IMG/VR virus record: IMGVR_UViG_3300012956_000016
Span: 19,935-83,934 of that record
Strand: one strand, 5' to 3'
DNA: 64,000 nt
DNA from: a virus
Lineage: Duplodnaviria; Caudoviricetes
Shown: positions 1 to 11,700 of the stretch, piece after piece
Position numbering within the stretch: position 1 is the first letter of the stretch
Layout: every line of letters begins with the position of its first letter
The notes under the pieces: generated by a model
The model's input: only the letters and a program-made list of their open reading frames with translations
The model's database searches: none
What the model was told of the DNA's origin: nothing
Made by a program: the position numbers and the translations under genes

Positions 1-1011
1 AAGAACTATGCAACTAAAAATGCTCAAAGATATCAAGCTGATCAAGCTCCTAACTTAGGTATGCAATCAGCTAGTACATATAGTGGTGCAAACTTAACTC
101 AATCAGAACCTAAATCTGGTTTTCAAAAAGCTTATATCGATGCGTTTAATAACTTCGATAAGATTGATGAAAGCTATTCAACTAAATATCAAACAACTGC
201 TAAAGCTTACAATGGCTTAGCAATGTTAGGTGGTAGAGGTGGTGCTGATGCAACTGCTGGCTACTGGTATAAGTTTGACCCTGCTGCACAAGATCATAAT
301 GGTACAACAAATGGTTATAGTATCTTTAGAAACTATGACCAATTAAAAGCTGGAGATAATGTAAACTTAAACGTAAAGTTTGGTGATGCAGCAACTGTTG
401 GTAATAACGAAGATGCAAAACGAATCCTTGATGTATTAGAAGCTGATAGTAAAAAGTTTTATAAACCAACAGAAGATAAACGTCCTGTTGTAAGTTATCG
501 TGCACAAAACATCGCGGGAGGTGATCCTAACATGATGGCTGTGCATTTTAAAATACCTGAAACTTGGTTAGCTCAATACACTAAGAAAAATGGTGTACTT
601 GCTGACATTGATAAAGAAGAAGCTTTAAAAGGTATCACTTTATTTATACCAAAAGATAAAGCTACTAATCAATACTACCAAGATAATCAAAAGGATGATT
701 ATGATCGTATCCTTGACCTTGATGGTCAAATTACTGTTGATGCGTATCCTGATGCAGGTAAGATGAGTATTAAAAAAGTAGGTAACAAATACATTGCTAG
801 TGGACATTATAATGATGTAACTACTGATAACAAAATAGTACCTACTCCGTATTATAAAGAGTTTCCTGAACAGATAGGTTTGAAACCGGGTATGATTGTA
901 GATGGTTTAAATAACGATCTTAAACAATATTCTTTAGAGTTACAAAACTTTAAAACTACTTATAATGCTAAGAATGGTATCAAAGATCCTTCACAACTTT
1001 TAAGCCAATAA
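1..1011 (+). CDS. Probable virion/cargo protein, C-terminal part (5'-truncated)
   Basis: Frame 1 is open from base 1 (AAG AAC TAT GCA...) through the track start at 61 to TAA 1011; directly upstream of the giant cargo genes. Confidence 0.7.
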   Translation, partial: KNYATKNAQRYQADQAPNLGMQSASTYSGANLTQSEPKSGFQKAYIDAFNNFDKIDESYSTKYQTTAKAYNGLAMLGGRGGADATAGYWYKFDPAAQDHNGTTNGYSIFRNYDQLKAGDNVNLNVKFGDAATVGNNEDAKRILDVLEADSKKFYKPTEDKRPVVSYRAQNIAGGDPNMMAVHFKIPETWLAQYTKKNGVLADIDKEEALKGITLFIPKDKATNQYYQDNQKDDYDRILDLDGQITVDAYPDAGKMSIKKVGNKYIASGHYNDVTTDNKIVPTPYYKEFPEQIGLKPGMIVDGLNNDLKQYSLELQNFKTTYNAKNGIKDPSQLLSQ

Positions 1012-1012
1012 T

Positions 1013-4000
1013 ATGCCAGATCCTAATACTCCTATAACTCCACTTATAGGTAATACTGTAAATCCATTAACATTAGAAAACTCTGACTACAAAGTACCAG
1101 AGTTACCTAATACACCTATATATAAAGGTCCAGATACAAGTGTTAGTAAACAAGATATTGATAACATCAAGAATCAACCTAAGACTGTTTTTGGAGATAA
1201 GATTAAAGGTCTTGTTAAAAAAATGGATGATGCTCCTAAATGGGCGGCTGATTTAACTCCTTATGGAAAGGTAGTTAGTTACGATGCTGATTATACTGGA
1301 GCTAACTTCCAAAGATATTATAGCCACTCTAAGTTTCAACAACTTGGATTCTCTCCTTTCCGCGATAACGAAACTCTCTATAACCAAAAAGGAAACTGGA
1401 CAGACGAAGCAGGAAGAATGTTAAGAGGTTGGAGTAGTTTGTTTGCTACCGGTGCCATGGATGGTGTTAAATCCTGGGCTGATAATCCTTTTGATCCTGA
1501 ACCAGATAATGAGACAGCTCGTGATATGGAAAGAAAGATGTCAAGAATGACATCAAGTAAAGAAGGATTTGGTGCTGGTGTTGTAAACTTTGGTGCTAAC
1601 ACTGCATATTCAATGGGATTAGTTACTGAGTTTATAGCTGAGAGTGCTGCACTTGCTGCTGCTACTGCTATTACATTTGGTGCTGATGCTCCAGTTACTG
1701 CAAGTGTTGAAGCGGCTAGAGCTGCTACCCTTGCTAATAAGTTAGGTAACATGGGTAAGATGGTGTCTAATACATACAAGACACTTACTTCTCTTAAAGA
1801 TTTAAACACTGCAAAGAACTTCTTCAAATCAGTTAATGCTGGTGAGACTTTAGGTAAAGCTATGAAGTTCATCAATCCTCTTGAACAAACAACTGCTTTT
1901 ATTAAAGAGACTAACAAAGCATTAAAATCAGGAGAACAAGTTTATAATATGGCTAAAGCTGCCAAAGGATTTGGAGCTTTTATCAACGATATCAGACAAA
2001 CCCAAATGGTTATGTCTGAAGCTAACTTAGAAGGAGGCAGCGTAGAGAACGATATGGTTAAGCAATTAACCGATGACTTCTATAGAATCAATGGTCGTAT
2101 GCCTAATACAAGTGAGGCTTATGATATCAATAATACTGCAGGTATTGCTGGTAACAAAACCATAGCTTGGAACATGCCTGCTTTATATCTTAGTAATAAG
2201 ATCGTGTTTGAGAATGCTTTCAAAGGTTATAAACCTATGAGAATATTAGCTGCTGAAAACTCAGAAGGTCTTGCCGGTAAACTTGTTTTCAATCAATCAT
2301 GGAAAAAAGCTGGAGTTAATCCTTGGTCTGTTGTAGAAGATGGGTGGAAGAATAACTTAAAAAGTTTAACCAAAGCTTCAACATGGGCTCCTAAAAACTT
2401 AGCAAAGAACTTGCTTGTTAATGGTATTGGTTATACTAGTAAGAACTTAACTGAAGCTTTACAAGAACAGTATCAAGAAGCTGTATCCGGTTCAATGAAC
2501 CAATACTATACAAAGATTTATCAAGATCCTTCTAAAGCAGGTTCTGATGAAATGGGGTCTATCTTCACTGATAACTTATCTAAACAGTTTACTACAATGC
2601 AAGGGTTTGAAACTTTTGCTAGTGGTTTCTTTATGGGTGGTGTATTACAAGGTCCTCAAAAATTAGTATTTGAAAAGGTTCCTCAAAAGATCTTTCAAAT
2701 GAAAAGTCCTGAACAATATGCTGAAAGAAAAAAACAAACACAAGAATGGACTGATAAAGTAGTTGAGTCATTAAATGAAGTAACTAAAGATCCTGCTGCA
2801 TATTTTAATACTGCTTCTGAGAACATGGTTGTTCAACGTAGTAGCAACACAAGTATGCGTGAAGCTAATGAAAACAATGATGAGAAATCATTCCGCGATA
2901 TAGCTGATGAGTCTACTTTTAATCACTTACACACTGTTATTAACTCAGGTAAGTATGATCTTATATTAGGTCACTTAAGAGATATGAAACAGTTGTCTCC
3001 TGAAGAACTTCAGGATGCTTTTGGGCCAGTGCCTACTAAACAAGATCCTCAAACTTATTATAATAACAAAGTTGATAGCTTAATAAGAAGAGCTGAAGAT
3101 ATTAAAAAAAGAAGTGATGCTGTAAACGAACAGTTTATGAATCCTTTTAATCCTTACAAGTATAGTAAGACTACAGAGAACGAAGCATACATAGGTGAGT
3201 TCATAAGATACAAAGCTTATGAAGATGCTAAAAAAGCAGCTGTTTATTCTCAACATACCTTCGATAGAACATTAAGTCGCATGAAGGATATTATAACTGA
3301 TGTTACTAATGATATTCCTATTTCCAAAGCCAACTCAACTGACTTCACTTTACTATTTGATAGTAAGGCTCTTGACAATGAGATCAATGCATTAGACTTA
3401 GAAGTAAAAGCTTTCACTGGTGGTGGAAATGCTCAACAAAGACAACAAGCTAAATTATCTCAAGATAAGAAAGAAGCTCTTGAAGAGTTACGTAGTAACA
3501 TTAATCACTACCGTTCTGGATTAAAAGATAATACCAGCAAGAATAAATCTGACGAAAGAAACAGAGCAACTACTGTTCAGAAAGGATCTAAAGTAAGAAA
3601 TGTTAAAGATGGTTCTGAAGGTGTTGTAGAAAAGGTAGTTGGTAAATATGCTATCTTAAAAGACGGTACAAAAGTTAATAGAAAGTATTTAGAAAACAAA
3701 AACAAGAAAGTTCAACCAGATCATCATTTGGATGAAGCTCTTGATATGTTTTACAGTTCATATAAGAACTACTTATCTACGATTGCTAACATATCGAAAG
3801 ATCATATCTTCGAAGATAAAGTAAACGACTCATTCGCTAAGCTTAAAGATTACTATGGATTAGAGCATGACTCTGATGGATTAGCAAACAGTATTAACTT
3901 ATTACATAACCCAAGTTCTTTCATAGATTACTCTAAGCAAATGGAAGAAGTACGTAGATCTCTTTATGAGAAACGTACTGAACATACCAAAAAAGCTTTA

Positions 4001-5707
4001 GAAGAATATATGAAGATTAAAGATCAAAACGAGTTGCTTAATAAGTTACTTGAAGATGGTGTTTATATTCATCCTGATGATGTAAAACCTTTACTTGATA
4101 CTAAGATCATTCCGGAAAAACTTTTTGATGTTATCAACTACGAAGAGTTACAACCTTCATCTGAGAAATATCAAAAAGGTTTAGAGTCTATCACACAATG
4201 GATAGAAGCAACTAGTGTTCCTGTTGAAGAAGAAACTCCTACAGCTGAACCTGTTACTCCAGAAGGACCTGTTGATGTTGTTCCTATTAGTGAGATCACT
4301 AAAATAACTAACACAACTCCTTTGTCTGATATGCCATCTGATTTAGTTGATGACTTAATCGAAGCATTTCGTGCAGAGAATCGTAGTAGAGTATCTAATG
4401 GTGAAGACTTAATAGGTAACTACAAACCAGATAATGATAATTATACTGTTAGAAGTTTACCTGGATTCAAAAGTTATGTTACAGTATTCAGTAAACCTAG
4501 AGCTATCATAGCTGAGTTTAACACACGTACTGGTAGAACTGTTGATCAAGTTGTTCCTGAAGTTAAAAAAGAAGAGCCTAAAGTAGCTCAAGTATCTTTG
4601 ATCATAACAAATGATATGAAACAACAGTTATATGATCTTGGTTATTCTAAAGAAGATGTAAACAAATTACGTCCTGCAGAAGCTAATCATCTCATCTCTG
4701 GTAACATAACTAAACCAGTAAAAGCATTAACTCCTGAAGAGGATATCGAAAGAAGAAGGCAGAAAGAATTAGAAGGATATTACGGTTATGGTAATGTAGT
4801 AAAAAGATTATTAAGTGAACATAAACCTACATTGGCTTTATCGCAATTATATTTTACAGGAGATAATGATATAGAGATTACAGTAGATGGTAAAAAATAT
4901 AAGATTGTTAAAGACGGTAAATACTTAGCAAAAAATGTTATAGATGAATCTGGTAATATTGTTGCTAAGTTTACTGTAACTAATGGTACAAGTGATGTTA
5001 TAGAAGATCGTGGATTAATGAATAAAAAAACTTTTTATGATTTCATATCTCGTATAGAAAATGATATACCATCAGAATATCGACAAAAACTTATAGATGA
5101 AATCAATACTAAATATGATGCAGAAATAGCTGCTTTAAAACAAGATCCTAAAGCTCTTAAAACTATTGAAGATATATTCAAAGATGCAACGACTCTTGAA
5201 GAGATTGAACAAGCCGAGGAAGAAGTACTAGCTACTTTAGCTAATCCAGAAGCTCGTAGAAAAATCAACCTTACTAATGAGTTCTTAGTGAACTTGATAG
5301 AAACTCGTAAAAGAGAACTTCTTACTGCGTTTACTTACGAAGAAATCGTACCAGGGAACGTATTAGTAATGTCAGATAATTCTAAAATGTTAGTGGTAGA
5401 AAAATCGGATACTGAGTTAAAATTGCGTAAATTTGGTGACGAGGGAGACAACTTTACTATAGTTAAAAAAGATGTTGTTCCTACAACAATCAAGTACAAG
5501 TACAAAGAAGGTATGGAAGATTTAAACATAAATAAACCAGTTACTCCAGAGGAGAAAGAGATTTCAAATCAGAGTGTGCAAAACTTCACTGAGTTCAATG
5601 AAGATGATGATGCTGCTTCTGTAGATGAAGATATGAAGAAAGCTTCTTCTATGTCGAAAGAAGATCGTAATGATGACTTAACTAATATTCTAGGCTGTAA
5701 AAAATAA
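1013..5707 (+). CDS. Large virion cargo/ejection protein (1564 aa) with hydrophobic segment and SH3/KOW-like inserts
   Basis: Long ORF immediately before the vRNAP; hydrophobic Ala/Gly-rich stretch GFGAGVVNFG...AALAAATAITFG; DIERRRQKEL...INTKYDAEIAAL module; function inferred from position. Confidence 0.7.
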   Translation: MPDPNTPITPLIGNTVNPLTLENSDYKVPELPNTPIYKGPDTSVSKQDIDNIKNQPKTVFGDKIKGLVKKMDDAPKWAADLTPYGKVVSYDADYTGANFQRYYSHSKFQQLGFSPFRDNETLYNQKGNWTDEAGRMLRGWSSLFATGAMDGVKSWADNPFDPEPDNETARDMERKMSRMTSSKEGFGAGVVNFGANTAYSMGLVTEFIAESAALAAATAITFGADAPVTASVEAARAATLANKLGNMGKMVSNTYKTLTSLKDLNTAKNFFKSVNAGETLGKAMKFINPLEQTTAFIKETNKALKSGEQVYNMAKAAKGFGAFINDIRQTQMVMSEANLEGGSVENDMVKQLTDDFYRINGRMPNTSEAYDINNTAGIAGNKTIAWNMPALYLSNKIVFENAFKGYKPMRILAAENSEGLAGKLVFNQSWKKAGVNPWSVVEDGWKNNLKSLTKASTWAPKNLAKNLLVNGIGYTSKNLTEALQEQYQEAVSGSMNQYYTKIYQDPSKAGSDEMGSIFTDNLSKQFTTMQGFETFASGFFMGGVLQGPQKLVFEKVPQKIFQMKSPEQYAERKKQTQEWTDKVVESLNEVTKDPAAYFNTASENMVVQRSSNTSMREANENNDEKSFRDIADESTFNHLHTVINSGKYDLILGHLRDMKQLSPEELQDAFGPVPTKQDPQTYYNNKVDSLIRRAEDIKKRSDAVNEQFMNPFNPYKYSKTTENEAYIGEFIRYKAYEDAKKAAVYSQHTFDRTLSRMKDIITDVTNDIPISKANSTDFTLLFDSKALDNEINALDLEVKAFTGGGNAQQRQQAKLSQDKKEALEELRSNINHYRSGLKDNTSKNKSDERNRATTVQKGSKVRNVKDGSEGVVEKVVGKYAILKDGTKVNRKYLENKNKKVQPDHHLDEALDMFYSSYKNYLSTIANISKDHIFEDKVNDSFAKLKDYYGLEHDSDGLANSINLLHNPSSFIDYSKQMEEVRRSLYEKRTEHTKKALEEYMKIKDQNELLNKLLEDGVYIHPDDVKPLLDTKIIPEKLFDVINYEELQPSSEKYQKGLESITQWIEATSVPVEEETPTAEPVTPEGPVDVVPISEITKITNTTPLSDMPSDLVDDLIEAFRAENRSRVSNGEDLIGNYKPDNDNYTVRSLPGFKSYVTVFSKPRAIIAEFNTRTGRTVDQVVPEVKKEEPKVAQVSLIITNDMKQQLYDLGYSKEDVNKLRPAEANHLISGNITKPVKALTPEEDIERRRQKELEGYYGYGNVVKRLLSEHKPTLALSQLYFTGDNDIEITVDGKKYKIVKDGKYLAKNVIDESGNIVAKFTVTNGTSDVIEDRGLMNKKTFYDFISRIENDIPSEYRQKLIDEINTKYDAEIAALKQDPKALKTIEDIFKDATTLEEIEQAEEEVLATLANPEARRKINLTNEFLVNLIETRKRELLTAFTYEEIVPGNVLVMSDNSKMLVVEKSDTELKLRKFGDEGDNFTIVKKDVVPTTIKYKYKEGMEDLNINKPVTPEEKEISNQSVQNFTEFNEDDDAASVDEDMKKASSMSKEDRNDDLTNILGCKK

Positions 5708-8700
5708 TGAACTGTGCATTAAACATTGAGCAACAACGTGCTCTATTTAGAAAAGTATATGGTGACCTGAACGATTTAAAATCTTCAGGTCAACCTTTTT
5801 TAGTTAAAGATTATATACAATCAGTGTATAACTTGATCTATACAAAGACTGGTGACCATGCCATGGCCTTAGATTATTCTCGATTGGTTCCTCATTACAT
5901 CATGCGTAGTATGATAAAGGATGAAGATCTTATGGATCATTTATTGAGTAATGGTTTCGACTTAGGAGCTATTAACTCTTTGAAAAGAAAGTTCACACAA
6001 CAGATTGAAAATGTTGAACAATATATAGGTAACAACAATGAAGCTCTTAAAGATCTTAAGAACTTACAAGAGCAAGTAATACAAAATGGTGCTAAGCTAG
6101 AACCTAATCCATTACGTGCTACTGGAGTTAAACCAACAGCTTCACAAGAGTTTCGTGCTATTCCTCCAACAGCATTAGCTGACCGTGGACAAGAAGCTCT
6201 TTCTATGAAAGAAGGTGATCCTAATTTCAACGTACCTAATCCTGATGTTGCTTTCTACTACAAGGTTAAGAGAAAACTTATCGAGATGATATCTGAACCA
6301 GGTGCAGACTTCGATAGTAGAAACGTAAACTTCCCAGGATTTGGTAAGATCTTTTTAACTATCATGCCTTCAAGTAAGATACCAGAAGATCAGTTATATC
6401 CAGGAACACCAGTTAATTCTGATGCTCACAAGAAAGGTTTATCTATGGTTATCACTGATGACTATGGAATACCTATGAAGTTTAACAATGATCTTGAGCT
6501 TGACTTTGGTAGAGGTAAGATGGCTTACTACCACATTAGAAAAACAGAAGGATTAGTTGATGGAGAAAATATCAACTTAGCTGCTGAAGATTATAATGCT
6601 GCTGATGCTTTAGTAAGACAGTCTGGTATTACTAAGGATGAAGCTATTGCTGTTATCAAACAACAAATCAAGTTTATAAACGACTTACGCGAGTACATAA
6701 ATAAAGATACTGAGAACAACACTATCCGTGCTCATATAAACGGTGGTTCTATGGGATATGCTTTTAACGATTATGTTAAAATCAAAAACCCATTAGCTTC
6801 TGTAAACTTTACCGGCGATAGTTTTGATCCTTTCCAAGCGAGAGAAGATAATGTTCAAAGAGGTTTAGTAAAAGGATTTACCTACTTCTATACCAAAGGA
6901 ATGTTAGACACTCCTGTAGAAGTAAAGCTTAGTGAATTAAACACTGAGATGAAAGACAAGTTGGTTACTTTATTCTCGGATAACTTATTTGAGAAAGATC
7001 CTTCAGGAAATGTCTTTTCATTATCTCCTGCAGATAGACAAGCTTTCATCGACAACTATATTAAAACTGGTCCTGATACTATTCAGCTTATTCCTAACAA
7101 TGATAACAAGACGTATGCTGTTATGATTAAAGGAGAGAAAATAGATATGTCTGACCCAGTATTAGCAAGACAAACAATCTCTGATTACTTTAACAGTGTA
7201 GCACCTACTAAATCAGTAGCTGCTAATCGTATACCAAGTGGTGCTACGATTGTTAGAGATACTGATCCTGATTATCTTTCTAAGATAAAACAAGGAGACT
7301 ATGTAGAGATGTTGGTAGATGGTAAAACTAAGTTCCGATTAGTAGAAGGAAAGAAGTTACACATCAACAACAAATCTCTTAATAAAAACTTTGATGATGT
7401 TACCTTTGATAAAACTTCTGAAGGAGCTACTTACATTGTAAGAAATGTTACTCCTTATAACGAGTTTATCAAAAATAACTTTCACATCGATTATCAACTT
7501 AATGCTGAGAACAAATTATTGAAGCTTAATGCTTATATAACTTTTGCACCACTTGATAGCGAAATAGAAAAGATCTATCCTACAAACACTGAGATAGAAA
7601 AAGCTGAGACAACTGCTCCTGTAAATAATACAACTAGTACAGGTCCTGCTGATGTTACAGCTATCGACGATTTGTTAGGAGATGTATTTAATAATCCAGA
7701 GTTTAATAAACTGTTGGATCAAAAAGATAAGAGTTTAGAAGCTACTAAACAACAAGTACAGGAAGCGAAAGAATGGTACTCTAATCATCTATTAAGTAAA
7801 CACTTTCCTTTCCATACTTTATTCAACGTAATTAATACTAGAACACCAGATGCTGTAGCCTCTTGGACTATGCATGGTGTTACTTTATATAAAGGTGCTG
7901 ACTATAGTGATTTATATCACGAAGCTTGGCATGGTTTCTCTCAAGCATTCTTACCAAAAGAAGAGAGATCAAACTTATACAACGAAAGTAAAAAGTTAAA
8001 AGGATCTTTTACTGATTACAAAGGTAACTCTGTAAAGTTCTCTGAAGCAAATGATCTTCAGATAGAAGAGTTCCTTGCAGAAGATTTCCGTACTTACATG
8101 CTTAATGGTAAGTCAAGAACAGGATCTCCAGTTCGTAACAGTATCTTCCGTAGAATACTTAACTTCTTAAGAGAGCTATTTGGTAATAGCTCTGTAATAG
8201 ATATTAACAACAATGATCAAGCGGTTAGAACTATTCATGAGTTATACGAAAAACTTCGTGTAGGTAACTTAAATGAAATGTCTTTCAATGCTGAGAACCG
8301 TAACTTCGATATCTTGTACAAAGGTATGGTTGCTATCAACCCAGAAGAACAACAAAAAAGTCTTAACTACGAGAACTCTAAATTAATGGTTGATACTATC
8401 GACTCATTGCTCTCTGAGTTTATCGACAGAGCTAACTTAGGTTTACTTGATAAAGAAAAACTTCGTGCTGCTGAGCTTACTAATAAAGCTAAGATTAACA
8501 TCATTACTCCTACTGAGAGAGAAGAACTTAAAGGTTTACAATCTCGTCAAAGTTATAAGTATACTTCTAGCTTACTTAAAAGCTCTGAAGGTTTAAGACG
8601 TGCATACAAGTATGCTCAAACAAGACTTGCTACTATCAAGAACAATATGGATGAAGCAGTTAAAACTGCAGATGAAGTAGGAAAGCAACGATTAGAAAAC

Positions 8701-11700
8701 AACATCGGTCTTCTTGATTATGTTTTAAGAAACTTTGGTAATGTTGATGAGTTAACTGACAACAAAGAAGGTCAAGGTATGATCTCTTATCATCAGTTAA
8801 AATCTAAGTACATCTCTGATGAAGAGCGTGAAGCTTTCTTAGATAACAACGAACAAAACCAAAACGAAGAAGATAAATACTCTAAAGGTAAAGAAGGATA
8901 TGATCGTGGTGGTAATGAGTCTTCATTAGAAGACCAAGCTAGTACCGAAGTTCTTTACATGATTAGATCTTTACATAAAACTAATTTAAACGGTGAAGTA
9001 GTTTTAAATAAATTAGGTGTTCCTGAGCTTGCTGGTTTTGAACAAGTATGGACTCGTCTTGCACGTATATTACAAAACACTTTGAACATAGATGATATGT
9101 ATCAAAAGTTAGTAGTAGAGTCTAGTACATTTCCACCAGCAAAACAGTTACTAAACAAACTTGGTCCAGTAAGAACTGAAAGTTCAAGTGAGTTCGCTAT
9201 GTGGACAAACTTCTGGCAAGCATTCAATAAGACTCGTATTCCTTTAATCCAAATGACTCTTGAGAAAACTACTCTTGATGACAATGGATCGAAAACAAGT
9301 CCTAGCTATTCAGTACGTATTGGTGAAGCATCTGCTGATTACAAGAAAGTTGGCCAACGATGGGAGAATTACTTTAAGACTTCCTATGACAACCCGTATA
9401 TCAAAACAGATAGCTTTGGTTCAAACTTCCTGGATGTTAAAAAGGTCCTTGATGATTTTCCTCAAAACACTTTAGATGGAAGAGAGTTCGAGTTCTTTAA
9501 CGCGATAGGAATGAGACTGTCAGATAAGGATGAGATCCATGATGGTATTCGTAAACAAAGTATAGGTAAAGCACGATCTATTCGTAGTGCTTTATACTCT
9601 ATAAATCAAAGAGGTAATATCACAGTTGACAGTGTAGGGTCTATTGTAAAAGAATACCCTGCACTTACTATCGGTGAGATTACTTATCCTAAGATCCCAG
9701 GAGAGAAAAGAAACTATAACAAGCTTCAAGAATTAGAAGCAAGATACTCTGATGACTTTTCTAACTTCATGGTTACAAATGCTGAGGGTAATAGTCAGTT
9801 CGAGCATTCACTTAATAACTCTTTAACTGTTATTACAAATACAGTAAACAGAGTTAACAGTTATGATGAGTTGATACAGATTCCTTATATGTCTTACTTA
9901 GACATTAATCGTAATCCTTTTGCTAAGGCTTCTATCTGGCTTAACTCTATCTTTGATATGAGTAAACCTGGTCGTCCTAAGAGAAGACAATCAGATGATC
10001 CTAAGTCAGAGTTTGTGAATATCAATCTTCAAAACTTATCTGGTGTTGCCATGTTAGAAAATGGTAACTCTACAGATGAAGGTGTTGCTTCTGCGAAAGC
10101 TGATGAGTTCACTAAGATGATTTTGGATTTCCACTTAGCTGTAGTTAATGGTACACCAGAGTTAATGCGACATGCTGATAAAGGAACTTCGTTTTCTTTA
10201 TGGTTAAGTAATGTCAATACTAAGTCTGAGACTAAACGATTATATATAGACACTTCTTCTTTCGTTACAGTTAACGATCGTACACCAGGATATGTTGAAG
10301 CATTCCAACTTATATCTCCTTACATAGGAGCAGAGTTAGAACGTATAAAAGAAATGAAAAGATTATCTGTTGAAGGAGTTAACAACTTTGATTTTAACTA
10401 TCTTGAGAGAGGTAAAGACTTTGTTATTTTTGATGACGTGTTATCTCGTAAAACTAAGAAGAGATTATTAAACTTACCTTATCCTCTTACAGAATATATG
10501 AGAGGAGGATCTTTAGAAGATGCAAGTCTTATCTCAGATATGTTTAATGATTTCACAAACTACTTTGAAACACAAGTAAGTGATGTTGATACACAGTTAT
10601 CTAAAGCTAAGTTTGTTGCTGATAGTTTAATCAGCCAGGTAAAAGCAGAAGCTACTAAGAAAAACATTAAAGGTGTGAATGAGATATCAGCATACAAAGC
10701 TGCTATATCTTCTTTCGTGTTTAACAGTTGGATCCATAACATTGAATCTATTGCTTTTATATATGGTGACTTAGCTCAGTACAACATGGCTAAAGAAGAG
10801 TTTCATAAACGTAATGCTGGTATGGCTTCTACCGGGGATATATTCCGTACAGATAGAAGTGCCATCGATTATGCTAACAAAGTACTTGGACAAAAATATG
10901 CTGATTCTCTAAACATTCCTATTACACCATTCGATGGAACATTTAGTTCTGCAGTAATGGGAGATAACGAGATAGGATCAAAATACTACGAACAGTATCT
11001 TAAAGCTATTGGAGATCCTAAAGCTGCTGAGGCATATGCTGAAGGTAAGATGACTGAAGGTGATGCACAAGGTTGGATTACTTTTGACTCATACCGACAC
11101 ATGTTAAACCTTGAAGGTAAGTGGAGTAAGAAACAAGAAGCTTTATATCAAAAAATAGTTTCTGGTGCAGAAGTTAGTAATGAAGATACTAAAGAGTTCT
11201 TCCCTACTAAAAAGGTGCAATACTTTGGTCCACTTGATACTAATGGTTTACCTATCACAGCTTTCCATAAGTTCTCTTTATTCCCTTTAATACCAACAGT
11301 TATCAAAGGAACTAATCTTGAGAACTTACACAAGAAGATGATGATGGAAGGCGTTAACTATGGTCTCTTCAAATCAGGATCTAAAGTAGGAACAATAACT
11401 AAAGCAGGTAAGACAGATAAGTTTTACTCTGATCAAAATACACGTACGTTATCAGAAGAACCATTTACAAAGAACCGTATCTTCTTAGAGTTTTTAAAGG
11501 ATCAGTTAGAAATAGCTCCTAAGTTTAAAAACAAAGTTATCTTCTCAACTCAGTTAAGAAAGTTAATTGAAGATGGTTTAATGGAAGGTGGAGTACCTAC
11601 TGATTACAAACAAGAAAGATCTATCTCAGATAGAAGAGCTGAATGGGCAAGACTTAACGAAGCCGAAAGATTAAAAACTTCTCCTCGTTATAAACTCATG

